From Escherichia coli (lineage in GTDB: Bacteria; Pseudomonadota; Gammaproteobacteria; Enterobacterales; Enterobacteriaceae), in assembly GCF_024223415.1 (NCBI RefSeq), contig NZ_CP100500.1: DNA of 64,000 nt; one strand, given 5' to 3'. Both the position numbers and the translations under genes were made by a program. Positions within the stretch are counted from its first letter, which is position 1, and every line of letters begins with the position of its first letter. Below are positions 19,270 through 30,244 of this stretch, piece after piece. The notes under the pieces are model-generated. The model saw only the letters and a program-made list of their open reading frames with translations, had not been told where the DNA came from and ran no database searches.

Positions 19270-19833
19270 ATGTCATATATCACAATCCCCCACCCGAACG
19301 CGGTCAACGGACATACAGCCGTTATCTGTTCCACAAGTATCCGCCACATTCTGGCTGTACGAAAGAGTACACTGCTGCAAATCGACACACTTATCCGGCA
19401 ACTGGCTGAAATATCAGCAATGACAGAAAGTATTGGCGGTAAAGCCGCCCCGGGCTGGGCCATGAAACAGGATTTTCGCTGCGGCTGCTGGCTGATGGAG
19501 AAACCGGAAACCGCAATGAAAGCCATCACACGCAATCTCGATCGCGAAATCTGGCGTGACCTGATGCAACGTTCAGGGATGCTTTCCTTAATGGATGCAC
19601 AGGCCCGTGATACATGGTACCGGTCACTGGAGTACGATAATTTTCCGGAAATCAGCGAAGCGAACATTCTGAGCACATTTAAACAACTGCACCAGAATAA
19701 GGATGAGCTGTTTGAGCGGGGGGAGATCAACGTCTTCAGAGGACTGAGCCGGGATTACAAAACCAGGTCGCCCTGCAAATTTAGTAATAAAATTATCATC
19801 AACAACCTGGTGAGGTGGGACCAGTGGGGATAA
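19270..19833 (+). CDS. hypothetical protein, terminal ORF of the island (possibly DUF4942-like)
   Basis: 187-aa ORF, last gene before the island boundary; family assignment uncertain. Confidence 0.45.
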   Translation: MSYITIPHPNAVNGHTAVICSTSIRHILAVRKSTLLQIDTLIRQLAEISAMTESIGGKAAPGWAMKQDFRCGCWLMEKPETAMKAITRNLDREIWRDLMQRSGMLSLMDAQARDTWYRSLEYDNFPEISEANILSTFKQLHQNKDELFERGEINVFRGLSRDYKTRSPCKFSNKIIINNLVRWDQWG

Positions 19834-20028
19834 TGAGATGGTTCCCCCCCACCTTAACAGCAGTACGCTGTTAAGGTGAATCCCTTTATGCTTCCCCCCT
19901 TTCACCTCATCTTCCAACACCCGGGTTTGATTCCTTTTTCACAGCAAAAGGGACTGAGGGTACAAAAGAGGGTATATTTTTCACCAAACCAAACAAAACA
20001 AACAAATATCAACATGATAGAAGAAATC

Positions 20029-20050
20029 TTCGATTCCGAGTCCGGCACCA
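20029..20050 (+). repeat. partial direct repeat of the tRNA-Phe 3' end (att site of the pheU island)
   Basis: ttcgattccgagtccggcacca matches the 3' end of E. coli tRNA-Phe (GGTTCGATTCCGAGTCCGGGCACCA) except for one missing G; no full tRNA gene is present, so this is the distal repeat. Confidence 0.75.
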
Positions 20051-20061
20051 AATTCATATAA

Positions 20062-20088
20062 ACGGACCTCCACGGAGGTCCGTTTTTC
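20062..20088 (+). terminator. intrinsic terminator (pheU-type) after the att repeat
   Basis: Hairpin acggacctcc/ggaggtccgt followed by a T-run. Confidence 0.6.
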
Positions 20089-20666
20089 GTTTCAGGACGC
20101 CACGATTTAAGCGTTCTGCCGCCAAATCAATTCTACCGAACTCAACCAGATTCTCCCCACATCACCAGCAATTTGCGGGCATATCCCAATTCGGGAAAAT
20201 TTGCTCCTTAGCTATAGCACTAACTGACGTGAAATGTCGTGCGGCCCCGTGATGCTGTTGAACGTCAAATGACGTCATCAGGAGCGTAACGCATCCATAA
20301 AGCACAACACCGGTCTGAACGGCGACTGATGAGATTTTCTGAATGAGAACAAAGAGAAATGTATCAGTCCGCTTGCTCATGCAAAGACTAACAATCCATT
20401 AAAATAGTAAGCGCTCCGGACAATTTTCCATGGATTATTTTCTGAACATTTTTCTTTGGCAAAGATGATGAATTTTGATGGTAAGGAATATTACTTCTGG
20501 TTCTCAGTAAAATCCTTTCGTAATACTATGTAATCAAGAAGTTTATGGCTGGTAAAAATAACGTCTTGCATCCACCAATAATATGTAAATAAACCCATCT
20601 ATAGATGGTAAAAATAGGTTGTGGCAATTATCATTGCATCATTCCCTTTTCGAATGAGTTTCTATT

Positions 20667-22205
20667 ATGCAACAACCTGTAGTTCGCGTTGGCGAATGGC
20701 TTGTTACTCCGTCCATAAACCAAATTAGCCGCAATGGGCGTCAACTTACCCTTGAGCCGAGATTAATCGATCTTCTGGTTTTCTTTGCTCAACACAGTGG
20801 CGAAGTACTTAGCAGGGATGAACTTATCGATAATGTCTGGAAGAGAAGTATTGTCACCAATCACGTTGTGACGCAGAGTATCTCAGAACTACGTAAGTCA
20901 TTAAAAGATAATGATGAAGATAGTCCTGTCTATATCGCTACTGTACCAAAGCGCGGCTATAAATTAATGGTGCCGGTTATCTGGTACAGCGAAGAAGAGG
21001 GAGAGGAAATAATGCTATCTTCGCCTCCCCCTATACCAGAGGCGGTTCCTGCCACAGATTCTCCCTCCCACAGTCTTAACATTCAAAACACCGCAACGCC
21101 ACCTGAACAATCCCCAGTTAAAAGCAAACGATTCACTACCTTTTGGGTATGGTTTTTTTTCCTGTTGTCCTTAGGTATCTGTGTAGCACTGGTAGCGTTT
21201 TCAAGTCTTGATACACGTCTTCCGATGAGCAAATCGCGTATTTTGCTCAATCCACGCGATATTGACATTAATATGGTAAATAAAAGTTGTAACAGCTGGA
21301 GTTCCCCGTATCAGCTCTCTTACGCGATAGGCGTGGGTGATTTGGTGGCGACATCACTTAACACCTTCTCCACCTTTATGGTGCATGACAAAATCAACTA
21401 CAACATTGATGAACCGAGCAGTTCCGGTAAAACATTATCTATTGCGTTTGTTAATCAGCGCCAATACCGTGCTCAACAATGCTTTATGTCGATAAAATTG
21501 GTAGACAATGCAGATGGTTCAACCATGCTGGATAAACGTTATGTCATCACTAACGGTAATCAGCTGGCGATTCAAAATGATTTACTGGAGAGTTTATCAA
21601 AAGCGTTAAACCAACCGTGGCCACAACGAATGCAGGAGACGCTCCAGCAAATTTTGCCTCATCGTGGTGCGTTATTAACTAATTTTTATCAGGCACATGA
21701 TTATTTACTGCATGGCGATGATAAATCATTGAACCGTGCGAGTGAATTATTAGGTGAGATTGTTCAATCATCCCCAGAATTTACCTACGCGAGAGCAGAA
21801 AAAGCATTAGTTGATATCGTGCGCCATTCTCAACACCCTTTAGATGAAAAACAATTAGCAGCACTGAACACAGAAATAGACAACATTGTTACACTACCGG
21901 AATTGAATAACCTGTCCATTATATATCAAATAAAAGCGGTCAGTGCTCTGGTAAAAGGTAAAACAGATGAGTCTTACCAGGCGATAAATACTGGTATTGA
22001 TCTTGAAATGTCCTGGCTAAATTATGTGTTGCTTGGCAAGGTTTATGAAATGAAGGGGATGAACCGGGAAGCAGCTGATGCATATCTCACCGCCTTTAAT
22101 TTACGCCCAGGGGCAAACACCCTTTACTGGATTGAAAATGGTATATTCCAGACTTCTGTTCCTTATGTTGTACCTTATCTCGACAAATTTCTCGCTTCAG
22201 AATAA
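20667..22205 (+). CDS. cadC: CadC, membrane-bound ToxR-like activator of cadBA
   Basis: 512-aa ORF matching CadC (N-terminal winged-helix DNA-binding domain, single TM segment, periplasmic sensor). Confidence 0.95.
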   Translation: MQQPVVRVGEWLVTPSINQISRNGRQLTLEPRLIDLLVFFAQHSGEVLSRDELIDNVWKRSIVTNHVVTQSISELRKSLKDNDEDSPVYIATVPKRGYKLMVPVIWYSEEEGEEIMLSSPPPIPEAVPATDSPSHSLNIQNTATPPEQSPVKSKRFTTFWVWFFFLLSLGICVALVAFSSLDTRLPMSKSRILLNPRDIDINMVNKSCNSWSSPYQLSYAIGVGDLVATSLNTFSTFMVHDKINYNIDEPSSSGKTLSIAFVNQRQYRAQQCFMSIKLVDNADGSTMLDKRYVITNGNQLAIQNDLLESLSKALNQPWPQRMQETLQQILPHRGALLTNFYQAHDYLLHGDDKSLNRASELLGEIVQSSPEFTYARAEKALVDIVRHSQHPLDEKQLAALNTEIDNIVTLPELNNLSIIYQIKAVSALVKGKTDESYQAINTGIDLEMSWLNYVLLGKVYEMKGMNREAADAYLTAFNLRPGANTLYWIENGIFQTSVPYVVPYLDKFLASE

Positions 22206-22570
22206 GTAACCCCCGGGTTGATTCATGCTCGGGAATATTTGTTGTTGAGTTTTTGTATGTTCCTGTTGGTATGATATGTTGCGGCAATTTATTTGCCGCA
22301 TAATTTTTATTACATAAATTTAACCAGAAGACGTCACGCAATCTATTGTAAACATTGAATGTTTATCTTTTCATGATATCAACTTGCGATCCTGATGTGT
22401 TAATAAAAAACCTCAAGTTCTCACTTACAGAAACTTTTGTGTTATTTCACCTAATCTTTAGGATTAATCCTTTTTTCGTGAGTAATCTTAGCGCCAGTTT
22501 GGTCTGGTCAGGAAATAGTTATACATCATGACCCGGACTCCAAATTCAAAAATGAAATTAGGAGAAGAGC
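22206..22570 (+). promoter_or_regulatory. cadC-cadB intergenic region containing the cadBA promoter (Pcad)
   Basis: Position inferred from the conserved cad operon organisation; specific binding sites not mapped here. Confidence 0.5.
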
Positions 22571-23905
22571 ATGAGTTCTGCCAAGAAGATCGGGCTATTT
22601 GCCTGTACCGGTGTTGTTGCCGGTAATATGATGGGGAGCGGTATTGCATTATTACCTGCGAACCTAGCAAGTATCGGTGGTATTGCTATCTGGGGTTGGA
22701 TTATCTCTATTATTGGTGCAATGTCGCTGGCGTATGTATATGCCCGACTGGCAACAAAAAACCCGCAACAAGGTGGCCCAATTGCTTATGCCGGAGAAAT
22801 TTCTCCTGCATTTGGTTTTCAGACAGGTGTTCTTTATTACCATGCTAACTGGATTGGTAACCTGGCGATTGGTATTACCGCTGTATCTTATCTTTCCACC
22901 TTCTTCCCAGTATTAAATGATCCTGTTCCGGCGGGTATCGCCTGTATTGCTATCGTCTGGGTATTTACCTTTGTAAATATGCTCGGCGGTACCTGGGTAA
23001 GCCGTTTAACCACTATTGGTCTGGTGCTGGTTCTTATTCCTGTGGTGATGACTGCTATTGTTGGCTGGCATTGGTTTGATGCGGCAACTTATGCAGCTAA
23101 CTGGAATACTGCGGATACCACTGATGGTCATGCGATCATTAAAAGTATTCTGCTCTGCCTGTGGGCCTTCGTGGGTGTTGAATCCGCAGCAGTAAGTACT
23201 GGTATGGTTAAAAACCCGAAACGTACCGTTCCGCTGGCAACCATGCTGGGTACTGGTTTAGCAGGTATTGTTTATATCGCTGCGACTCAGGTGCTTTCCG
23301 GTATGTATCCGTCTTCTGTTATGGCGGCTTCCGGTGCTCCGTTTGCAATCAGTGCTTCAACTATCCTCGGTAACTGGGCTGCGCCGCTGGTTTCTGCATT
23401 CACCGCCTTTGCGTGCCTGACTTCTCTGGGCTCCTGGATGATGTTGGTAGGCCAGGCAGGTGTACGTGCCGCTAACGACGGTAACTTCCCGAAAGTTTAT
23501 GGTGAAGTCGACAGCAACGGTATTCCGAAAAAAGGTCTGCTGCTGGCTGCAGTGAAAATGACTGCCCTGATGATCCTCATCACTCTGATGAACTCTGCCG
23601 GTGGTAAAGCATCTGACCTGTTCGGTGAACTGACCGGTATCGCAGTACTGCTGACTATGCTGCCGTACTTCTACTCTTGCGTTGACCTGATTCGTTTTGA
23701 AGGCGTTAACATCCGCAACTTTGTCAGCCTGATCTGCTCTGTACTGGGTTGCGTGTTCTGCTTCATCGCGCTGATGGGCGCAAGCTCCTTCGAGCTGGCA
23801 GGTACCTTCATCGTCAGCCTGATTATCCTGATGTTCTACGCTCGCAAAATGCACGAGCGCCAGAGCCACTCAATGGATAACCAAACAGCGTCTAACGCAC
23901 ATTAA
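22571..23905 (+). CDS. cadB: lysine/cadaverine antiporter
   Basis: 444-aa APC-family transporter matching CadB, upstream of cadA. Confidence 0.95.
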   Translation: MSSAKKIGLFACTGVVAGNMMGSGIALLPANLASIGGIAIWGWIISIIGAMSLAYVYARLATKNPQQGGPIAYAGEISPAFGFQTGVLYYHANWIGNLAIGITAVSYLSTFFPVLNDPVPAGIACIAIVWVFTFVNMLGGTWVSRLTTIGLVLVLIPVVMTAIVGWHWFDAATYAANWNTADTTDGHAIIKSILLCLWAFVGVESAAVSTGMVKNPKRTVPLATMLGTGLAGIVYIAATQVLSGMYPSSVMAASGAPFAISASTILGNWAAPLVSAFTAFACLTSLGSWMMLVGQAGVRAANDGNFPKVYGEVDSNGIPKKGLLLAAVKMTALMILITLMNSAGGKASDLFGELTGIAVLLTMLPYFYSCVDLIRFEGVNIRNFVSLICSVLGCVFCFIALMGASSFELAGTFIVSLIILMFYARKMHERQSHSMDNQTASNAH

Positions 23906-23984
23906 TTAAAAGTATTTTCCGAGGCTCCTCCTTTCATTTTGTCCCATGTGTTGGGAGGGGCCTTTTTTACCTGGAGATATGACT

Positions 23985-26132
23985 ATGAACGTTATTGCAA
24001 TATTGAATCACATGGGGGTTTATTTTAAAGAAGAACCCATCCGTGAACTTCATCGCGCGCTTGAACGTCTGAACTTCCAGATTGTTTACCCGAACGACCG
24101 TGACGACTTATTAAAACTGATCGAAAACAATGCGCGTCTGTGCGGCGTTATTTTTGACTGGGATAAATATAATCTCGAGCTGTGCGAAGAAATTAGCAAA
24201 ATGAATGAGAACCTGCCGTTGTACGCGTTCGCTAATACGTATTCCACTCTCGATGTAAGCCTGAATGACCTGCGTTTACAGATTAGCTTCTTTGAATATG
24301 CGCTAGGTGCTGCTGAAGATATTGCTAATAAGATCAAGCAGACCACTGACGAATATATCAACACTATTCTGCCTCCGCTGACTAAAGCACTGTTTAAATA
24401 TGTTCGTGAAGGTAAATATACTTTCTGTACTCCTGGTCACATGGGCGGTACTGCATTCCAGAAAAGCCCGGTAGGTAGCCTGTTCTATGATTTCTTTGGT
24501 CCGAATACCATGAAATCTGATATTTCCATTTCAGTATCTGAACTGGGTTCTCTGCTGGATCACAGTGGTCCACACAAAGAAGCAGAACAGTATATCGCTC
24601 GCGTCTTTAACGCAGACCGCAGCTACATGGTGACCAACGGTACTTCCACTGCGAACAAAATTGTTGGTATGTACTCTGCTCCGGCAGGCAGCACCATTCT
24701 GATTGACCGTAACTGCCATAAATCGCTGACCCACCTGATGATGATGAGCGATGTTACGCCAATCTATTTCCGCCCGACCCGTAACGCTTACGGTATTCTT
24801 GGTGGTATCCCACAGAGTGAATTCCAGCACGCTACCATTGCTAAGCGCGTGAAAGAAACACCAAACGCAACCTGGCCGGTACATGCTGTAATTACCAACT
24901 CTACCTATGATGGTCTGCTGTACAACACCGACTTCATCAAGAAAACACTGGATGTGAAATCCATCCACTTTGACTCCGCGTGGGTGCCTTACACCAACTT
25001 CTCACCGATTTACGAAGGTAAATGCGGTATGAGCGGTGGCCGTGTGGAAGGGAAAGTGATTTACGAAACCCAGTCCACTCACAAACTGCTGGCGGCGTTC
25101 TCTCAGGCTTCCATGATCCACGTTAAAGGTGACGTAAACGAAGAAACCTTTAACGAAGCCTACATGATGCACACCACCACTTCTCCGCACTACGGTATCG
25201 TGGCGTCCACTGAAACCGCTGCGGCGATGATGAAAGGCAATGCAGGTAAGCGTCTGATCAACGGTTCCATTGAACGTGCGATCAAATTCCGTAAAGAGAT
25301 CAAACGTCTGAGAACAGAATCTGATGGCTGGTTCTTTGATGTATGGCAGCCGGATCATATCGATACGACTGAATGCTGGCCGCTGCGTTCTGACAGCACC
25401 TGGCACGGCTTCAAAAACATCGATAACGAGCACATGTATCTTGACCCGATCAAAGTCACCCTGCTGACTCCGGGGATGGAAAAAGACGGCACCATGAGCG
25501 ACTTTGGTATTCCGGCCAGCATCGTGGCGAAATACCTCGACGAACATGGCATCGTTGTTGAGAAAACCGGTCCGTATAACCTGCTGTTCCTGTTCAGCAT
25601 CGGTATCGATAAGACCAAAGCACTGAGCCTGCTGCGTGCTCTGACTGACTTCAAACGTGCGTTCGACCTGAACCTGCGTGTGAAAAACATGCTGCCGTCT
25701 CTGTATCGTGAAGATCCTGAATTCTATGAAAACATGCGTATTCAGGAACTGGCTCAGAATATCCACAAACTGATTGTTCACCACAATCTGCCGGATCTGA
25801 TGTATCGCGCATTTGAAGTGCTGCCGACGATGGTAATGACTCCGTATGCTGCGTTCCAGAAAGAGCTGCACGGTATGACCGAAGAAGTTTACCTCGACGA
25901 AATGGTAGGTCGTATTAACGCCAATATGATCCTTCCATATCCGCCGGGAGTTCCTCTGGTAATGCCGGGTGAAATGATCACCGAAGAAAGCCGTCCGGTT
26001 CTGGAGTTCCTGCAGATGCTGTGTGAAATCGGCGCTCACTATCCGGGCTTTGAAACCGATATTCACGGTGCATACCGTCAGGCTGATGGCCGCTATACCG
26101 TTAAGGTATTGAAAGAAGAAAGCAAAAAATAA
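23985..26132 (+). CDS. cadA: inducible lysine decarboxylase
   Basis: Start taken at MNVIAILNHMG (715 aa), matching CadA; the listed ORF begins 13 codons upstream. Confidence 0.95.
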   Translation: MNVIAILNHMGVYFKEEPIRELHRALERLNFQIVYPNDRDDLLKLIENNARLCGVIFDWDKYNLELCEEISKMNENLPLYAFANTYSTLDVSLNDLRLQISFFEYALGAAEDIANKIKQTTDEYINTILPPLTKALFKYVREGKYTFCTPGHMGGTAFQKSPVGSLFYDFFGPNTMKSDISISVSELGSLLDHSGPHKEAEQYIARVFNADRSYMVTNGTSTANKIVGMYSAPAGSTILIDRNCHKSLTHLMMMSDVTPIYFRPTRNAYGILGGIPQSEFQHATIAKRVKETPNATWPVHAVITNSTYDGLLYNTDFIKKTLDVKSIHFDSAWVPYTNFSPIYEGKCGMSGGRVEGKVIYETQSTHKLLAAFSQASMIHVKGDVNEETFNEAYMMHTTTSPHYGIVASTETAAAMMKGNAGKRLINGSIERAIKFRKEIKRLRTESDGWFFDVWQPDHIDTTECWPLRSDSTWHGFKNIDNEHMYLDPIKVTLLTPGMEKDGTMSDFGIPASIVAKYLDEHGIVVEKTGPYNLLFLFSIGIDKTKALSLLRALTDFKRAFDLNLRVKNMLPSLYREDPEFYENMRIQELAQNIHKLIVHHNLPDLMYRAFEVLPTMVMTPYAAFQKELHGMTEEVYLDEMVGRINANMILPYPPGVPLVMPGEMITEESRPVLEFLQMLCEIGAHYPGFETDIHGAYRQADGRYTVKVLKEESKK

Positions 26133-26145
26133 TTAGCTCGTACAA

Positions 26146-26173
26146 GGGAAGTGGCTTGCCACTTCCCTTTTTT
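26146..26173 (+). terminator. intrinsic terminator after cadA
   Basis: Hairpin gggaagtggc/ccacttccc followed by a T-run. Confidence 0.7.
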
Positions 26174-26190
26174 GCTCATAAGGAGAACAC

Positions 26191-27648
26191 ATGAAAACAC
26201 CCTCACAGCCGCGCGCGATATACTATATCGTGGCGATCCAAATCTGGGAGTACTTCAGTTTTTACGGCATGCGTGCCTTACTCATTCTCTATCTCACCCA
26301 TCAGCTTGGTTTTGATGATAACCATGCCATCAGCCTGTTCAGCGCATATGCTTCTCTGGTTTACGTTACCCCTATTCTCGGCGGCTGGCTTGCCGACCGC
26401 CTGCTCGGCAACCGCACTGCAGTGATTGCCGGCGCGCTGTTAATGACCCTTGGCCATGTGGTGCTGGGCATTGATACAAATTCAACCTTTAGCCTGTATC
26501 TGGCGCTGGCAATCATTATTTGTGGCTACGGTTTATTCAAATCAAACATCAGCTGTTTGCTTGGCGAGCTCTACGACGAGAACGATCATCGACGTGATGG
26601 CGGTTTTTCGCTGCTGTATGCTGCGGGCAATATCGGTTCTATCGCCGCCCCCATCGCCTGCGGCCTGGCTGCTCAGTGGTATGGATGGCATGTTGGCTTT
26701 GCCCTTGCGGGTGGCGGCATGTTTATCGGTTTGTTGATTTTCTTAAGCGGTCATCGTCATTTCCAGTCCACGCGTAGTATGGATAAAAAAGCGCTCACTA
26801 GCGTGAAATTTGCCTTACCAGTATGGAGCTGGTTAGTGGTGATGCTCTGTTTAGCCCCAGTATTTTTTACCCTGCTGCTGGAGAACGACTGGTCCGGATA
26901 TTTGCTGGCGATCGTTTGCCTCATTGCCGCACAAATCATTGCCCGCATGATGATCAAATTCCCCGAACACCGCCGTGCTCTTTGGCAAATTGTATTGTTG
27001 ATGTTTGTCGGGACATTGTTCTGGGTACTGGCACAACAGGGCGGCAGTACCATCAGTCTGTTTATCGATCGCTTTGTGAATCGTCAGGCATTCAATATTG
27101 AAGTACCTACTGCACTATTCCAGTCGGTGAATGCAATTGCGGTGATGCTCGCTGGGGTTGTTCTGGCCTGGCTGGCGTCGCCAGAAAGCCACGGCAACTC
27201 AACATTGCGCGTCTGGCTGAAGTTTGCCTTTGGCTTACTGCTGATGGCTTGTGGCTTTATGTTGCTGGCATTTGATGCCCGACATGCAGCAGCTGACGGT
27301 CAAGCGTCAATGGGCGTGATGGTATCCGGGCTGGCGCTAATGGGCTTTGCCGAACTCTTTATTGACCCGGTGGCGATTGCGCAAATCACGCGTCTGAAAA
27401 TGTCTGGCGTATTAACCGGGATTTATATGCTGGCAACAGGCGCGGTCGCCAACTGGCTGGCAGGCGTAGTGGCACAGCAGACGACAGAGTCGCAAATTAG
27501 CGGTATGGCAATTGCAGCTTACCAGCGATTCTTTTCTCAGATGGGAGAGTGGACGTTGGCTTGTGTCGCGATCATCGTCGTATTGGCCTTTGCTACCCGT
27601 TTCCTGTTTAGCACGCCGACGAATATGGTACAGGAGAGCAACGATTAA
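26191..27648 (+). CDS. dtpC: dipeptide/tripeptide:H+ symporter DtpC (YjdL)
   Basis: 485-aa POT-family transporter matching YjdL; conserved position between cadA and lysU. Confidence 0.9.
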   Translation: MKTPSQPRAIYYIVAIQIWEYFSFYGMRALLILYLTHQLGFDDNHAISLFSAYASLVYVTPILGGWLADRLLGNRTAVIAGALLMTLGHVVLGIDTNSTFSLYLALAIIICGYGLFKSNISCLLGELYDENDHRRDGGFSLLYAAGNIGSIAAPIACGLAAQWYGWHVGFALAGGGMFIGLLIFLSGHRHFQSTRSMDKKALTSVKFALPVWSWLVVMLCLAPVFFTLLLENDWSGYLLAIVCLIAAQIIARMMIKFPEHRRALWQIVLLMFVGTLFWVLAQQGGSTISLFIDRFVNRQAFNIEVPTALFQSVNAIAVMLAGVVLAWLASPESHGNSTLRVWLKFAFGLLLMACGFMLLAFDARHAAADGQASMGVMVSGLALMGFAELFIDPVAIAQITRLKMSGVLTGIYMLATGAVANWLAGVVAQQTTESQISGMAIAAYQRFFSQMGEWTLACVAIIVVLAFATRFLFSTPTNMVQESND

Positions 27649-27884
27649 CTGTCGTAAAAACAATTGGTTATGAATAAATTAACTTTCAGTTTATCACACT
27701 AGTAAATCGAGATTAATAAGTCATTTAAACCATTTTGATGGTTATTTATTAGTGATATCAACTTGAGGTAAGCGTTAGTTTCGATAAGATAAACTGAGTT
27801 ATTAATAGTCGAGGCAGATAATACAGTGTACCGATCTGTCTCTTTATCTACGCTAAATTGAAAGCTGGATTTAGAGGAACCAAA

Positions 27885-29402
27885 ATGTCTGAACAAGAAA
27901 CACGGGGAGCCAATGAGGCTATTGATTTTAACGATGAACTGAGAAATCGCCGCGAAAAACTGGCGGCACTACGTCAGCAAGGTGTGGCGTTTCCCAATGA
28001 TTTTCGCCGCGACCATACCTCTGACCAGTTGCACGAAGAGTTTGATGCGAAGGATAACCAGGAACTGGAATCCTTAAACATTGAAGTCTCGGTTGCTGGC
28101 CGAATGATGACCCGTCGTATCATGGGGAAAGCCTCCTTTGTAACGTTGCAGGATGTCGGTGGCCGTATTCAACTGTACGTCGCACGAGATAGCCTGCCAG
28201 AAGGTGTTTATAACGATCAGTTTAAAAAATGGGATCTGGGTGACATTATCGGTGCCCGCGGTACGCTGTTTAAGACGCAAACGGGTGAGCTTTCCATTCA
28301 CTGTACTGAGTTGCGCCTGCTGACAAAAGCACTACGTCCTTTACCAGATAAATTCCATGGTCTGCAGGATCAGGAAGTCCGTTATCGTCAACGTTATCTG
28401 GACCTCATCGCTAACGATAAATCCCGTCAAACGTTTGTTATCCGTTCAAAAATTCTGGCCGCTATCCGCCAGTTCATGGTCGCGCGCGGCTTTATGGAAG
28501 TAGAAACCCCGATGATGCAGGTAATTCCAGGTGGGGCATCTGCTCGCCCGTTTATTACCCATCATAACGCTCTGGATTTAGATATGTATCTGCGTATCGC
28601 GCCGGAGCTGTATCTGAAACGTCTGGTTGTAGGCGGTTTTGAACGGGTATTCGAAATCAACCGTAACTTCCGTAATGAAGGTATTTCTGTTCGCCATAAT
28701 CCTGAGTTCACAATGATGGAACTCTACATGGCGTATGCGGATTACCACGATTTGATTGAACTGACAGAGTCCCTGTTCCGCACTCTGGCACAAGAGGTTC
28801 TGGGTACCACTAAAGTCACTTATGGCGAGCATGTGTTTGATTTCGGCAAACCGTTTGAAAAACTCACCATGCGCGAAGCAATCAAAAAATATCGTCCAGA
28901 AACCGATATGGCCGACCTGGATAATTTTGATGCTGCTAAAGCATTAGCTGAATCTATCGGTATTACGGTAGAGAAAAGCTGGGGGCTGGGACGTATTGTC
29001 ACGGAGATCTTTGATGAAGTGGCAGAAGCACATCTGATTCAGCCAACCTTTATTACGGAATATCCGGCAGAAGTGTCACCGCTGGCACGCCGTAATGATG
29101 TTAACCCGGAAATCACCGACCGTTTTGAATTCTTCATCGGTGGTCGTGAAATCGGTAATGGTTTTAGCGAATTAAACGACGCAGAAGATCAGGCTGAACG
29201 TTTCCAGGAACAGGTTAACGCTAAAGCTGCAGGTGACGACGAAGCCATGTTCTATGACGAAGATTACGTGACTGCGCTGGAATATGGTCTGCCGCCAACC
29301 GCTGGTCTGGGTATTGGTATCGACCGAATGATTATGCTGTTTACAAACAGTCATACTATTCGCGACGTTATTCTCTTCCCGGCGATGCGCCCACAGAAAT
29401 AA
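27885..29402 (+). CDS. lysU: lysyl-tRNA synthetase, inducible isoform
   Basis: Start at MSEQETRG (505 aa); class II aaRS motifs; the position next to the cad operon indicates lysU rather than lysS. Confidence 0.9.
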   Translation: MSEQETRGANEAIDFNDELRNRREKLAALRQQGVAFPNDFRRDHTSDQLHEEFDAKDNQELESLNIEVSVAGRMMTRRIMGKASFVTLQDVGGRIQLYVARDSLPEGVYNDQFKKWDLGDIIGARGTLFKTQTGELSIHCTELRLLTKALRPLPDKFHGLQDQEVRYRQRYLDLIANDKSRQTFVIRSKILAAIRQFMVARGFMEVETPMMQVIPGGASARPFITHHNALDLDMYLRIAPELYLKRLVVGGFERVFEINRNFRNEGISVRHNPEFTMMELYMAYADYHDLIELTESLFRTLAQEVLGTTKVTYGEHVFDFGKPFEKLTMREAIKKYRPETDMADLDNFDAAKALAESIGITVEKSWGLGRIVTEIFDEVAEAHLIQPTFITEYPAEVSPLARRNDVNPEITDRFEFFIGGREIGNGFSELNDAEDQAERFQEQVNAKAAGDDEAMFYDEDYVTALEYGLPPTAGLGIGIDRMIMLFTNSHTIRDVILFPAMRPQK

Positions 29403-29414
29403 ATTTCACTTTAA

Positions 29415-29446
29415 TGAACGAAGCAGTCAGGCGACTGCTTCGTTCA
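29415..29446. terminator. hairpin between convergent lysU and ghoT (possible bidirectional terminator)
   Basis: 14-bp stem tgaacgaagcagtc/gactgcttcgttca with a 4-nt loop; no strong T-run on either side. Confidence 0.45.
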
Positions 29447-29520
29447 TCGATCCGCAAATCCAGTTTTGAGGAGAGACGCTTCGTTTCACGATAACCAGCG
29501 GGTCCACTCAACTACAGCTC

Positions 29521-29694
29521 CTAAAAGAGAGAAAAAAGTAATGCCACAGGCAGACTCATTGGCCAGGTTATTCCGACCAGGAATGCACTAAGTAAACGAA
29601 TATGTGTTTTCTCATGTGAGATAAACCAGATAATGACAAAGGATATGTTCACACCAATCACATAAAAAATTAATATTTTAGAGAATAGTGCCAT
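29521..29694 (-). CDS. ghoT: type V toxin-antitoxin small membrane toxin GhoT
   Basis: 57-aa ORF below the ORF-track cutoff, found by manual translation: MALFSKILIFYVIGVNISFVIIWFISHEKTHIRLLSAFLVGITWPMSLPVALLFSLF. Confidence 0.85.
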   Translation of the reverse strand: MALFSKILIFYVIGVNISFVIIWFISHEKTHIRLLSAFLVGITWPMSLPVALLFSLF

Positions 29695-29721
29695 TTTTTA
29701 TGTTCTTCTTATCCTTCCTGG

Positions 29722-30018
29722 CTACTTGTAAAACTGACGGAAATAGTCATCAACTGTCATAATGTTGAGGTCAAAGTCAATATCCGGTAAGTCTAAGCAT
29801 TTAAGCCTGATTAAATCTTCGATTTCACTTGCGGCTAACGATGTCGTTATTGCGAAGGAGTTTTCATTCAATTGTCGTGGTATCCCATATTCATCAGCCA
29901 CGATAGAGGAGAAATTCATATCATACATCAATGATCTTAACCTTAAGAACACTGAGGAATAAGATGATGGATAATCAAAAGAAACAACATAAGTATTGAA
30001 CTTGTTTTTACCTTCCAT
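29722..30018 (-). CDS. ghoS: type V toxin-antitoxin antitoxin GhoS (RNase)
   Basis: Start at MEGKNKFNTYVV (98 aa), matching GhoS; directly upstream of ghoT. Confidence 0.85.
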   Translation of the reverse strand: MEGKNKFNTYVVSFDYPSSYSSVFLRLRSLMYDMNFSSIVADEYGIPRQLNENSFAITTSLAASEIEDLIRLKCLDLPDIDFDLNIMTVDDYFRQFYK

Positions 30019-30244
30019 AATATGACTCCTATCAATATTGAACACTCTGGGGACGCAAAACTTATTAACCCCGATTGATGATTCTCATATAGGAGATATT
30101 CTTTTTTTTGCTCAGTAAAGGGGATGACTTGGGACAAAAAAACGCGCTCTCTGCCCATTCTTTGTGCATCCCCCTACCCTTCAGATGCTCTCCTGCATCA
30201 CACCGTGGAGAGCATGAAAAATATCGTGAATCTGTACTCTCCCA

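Noticed and set aside
20029-20050. Possible tRNA-Phe gene
   Set aside because: Only the last 22 nt of the tRNA are present, with a one-base deletion, and no acceptor or anticodon arms upstream; it is an att-site repeat, not a tRNA gene.
25002-26066. 354-aa ORF antisense within cadA (also 25355-25690)
   Set aside because: It lies entirely inside the well-supported cadA gene on the opposite strand; the product is R/H/F-rich and low-complexity, as expected for a chance antisense frame.
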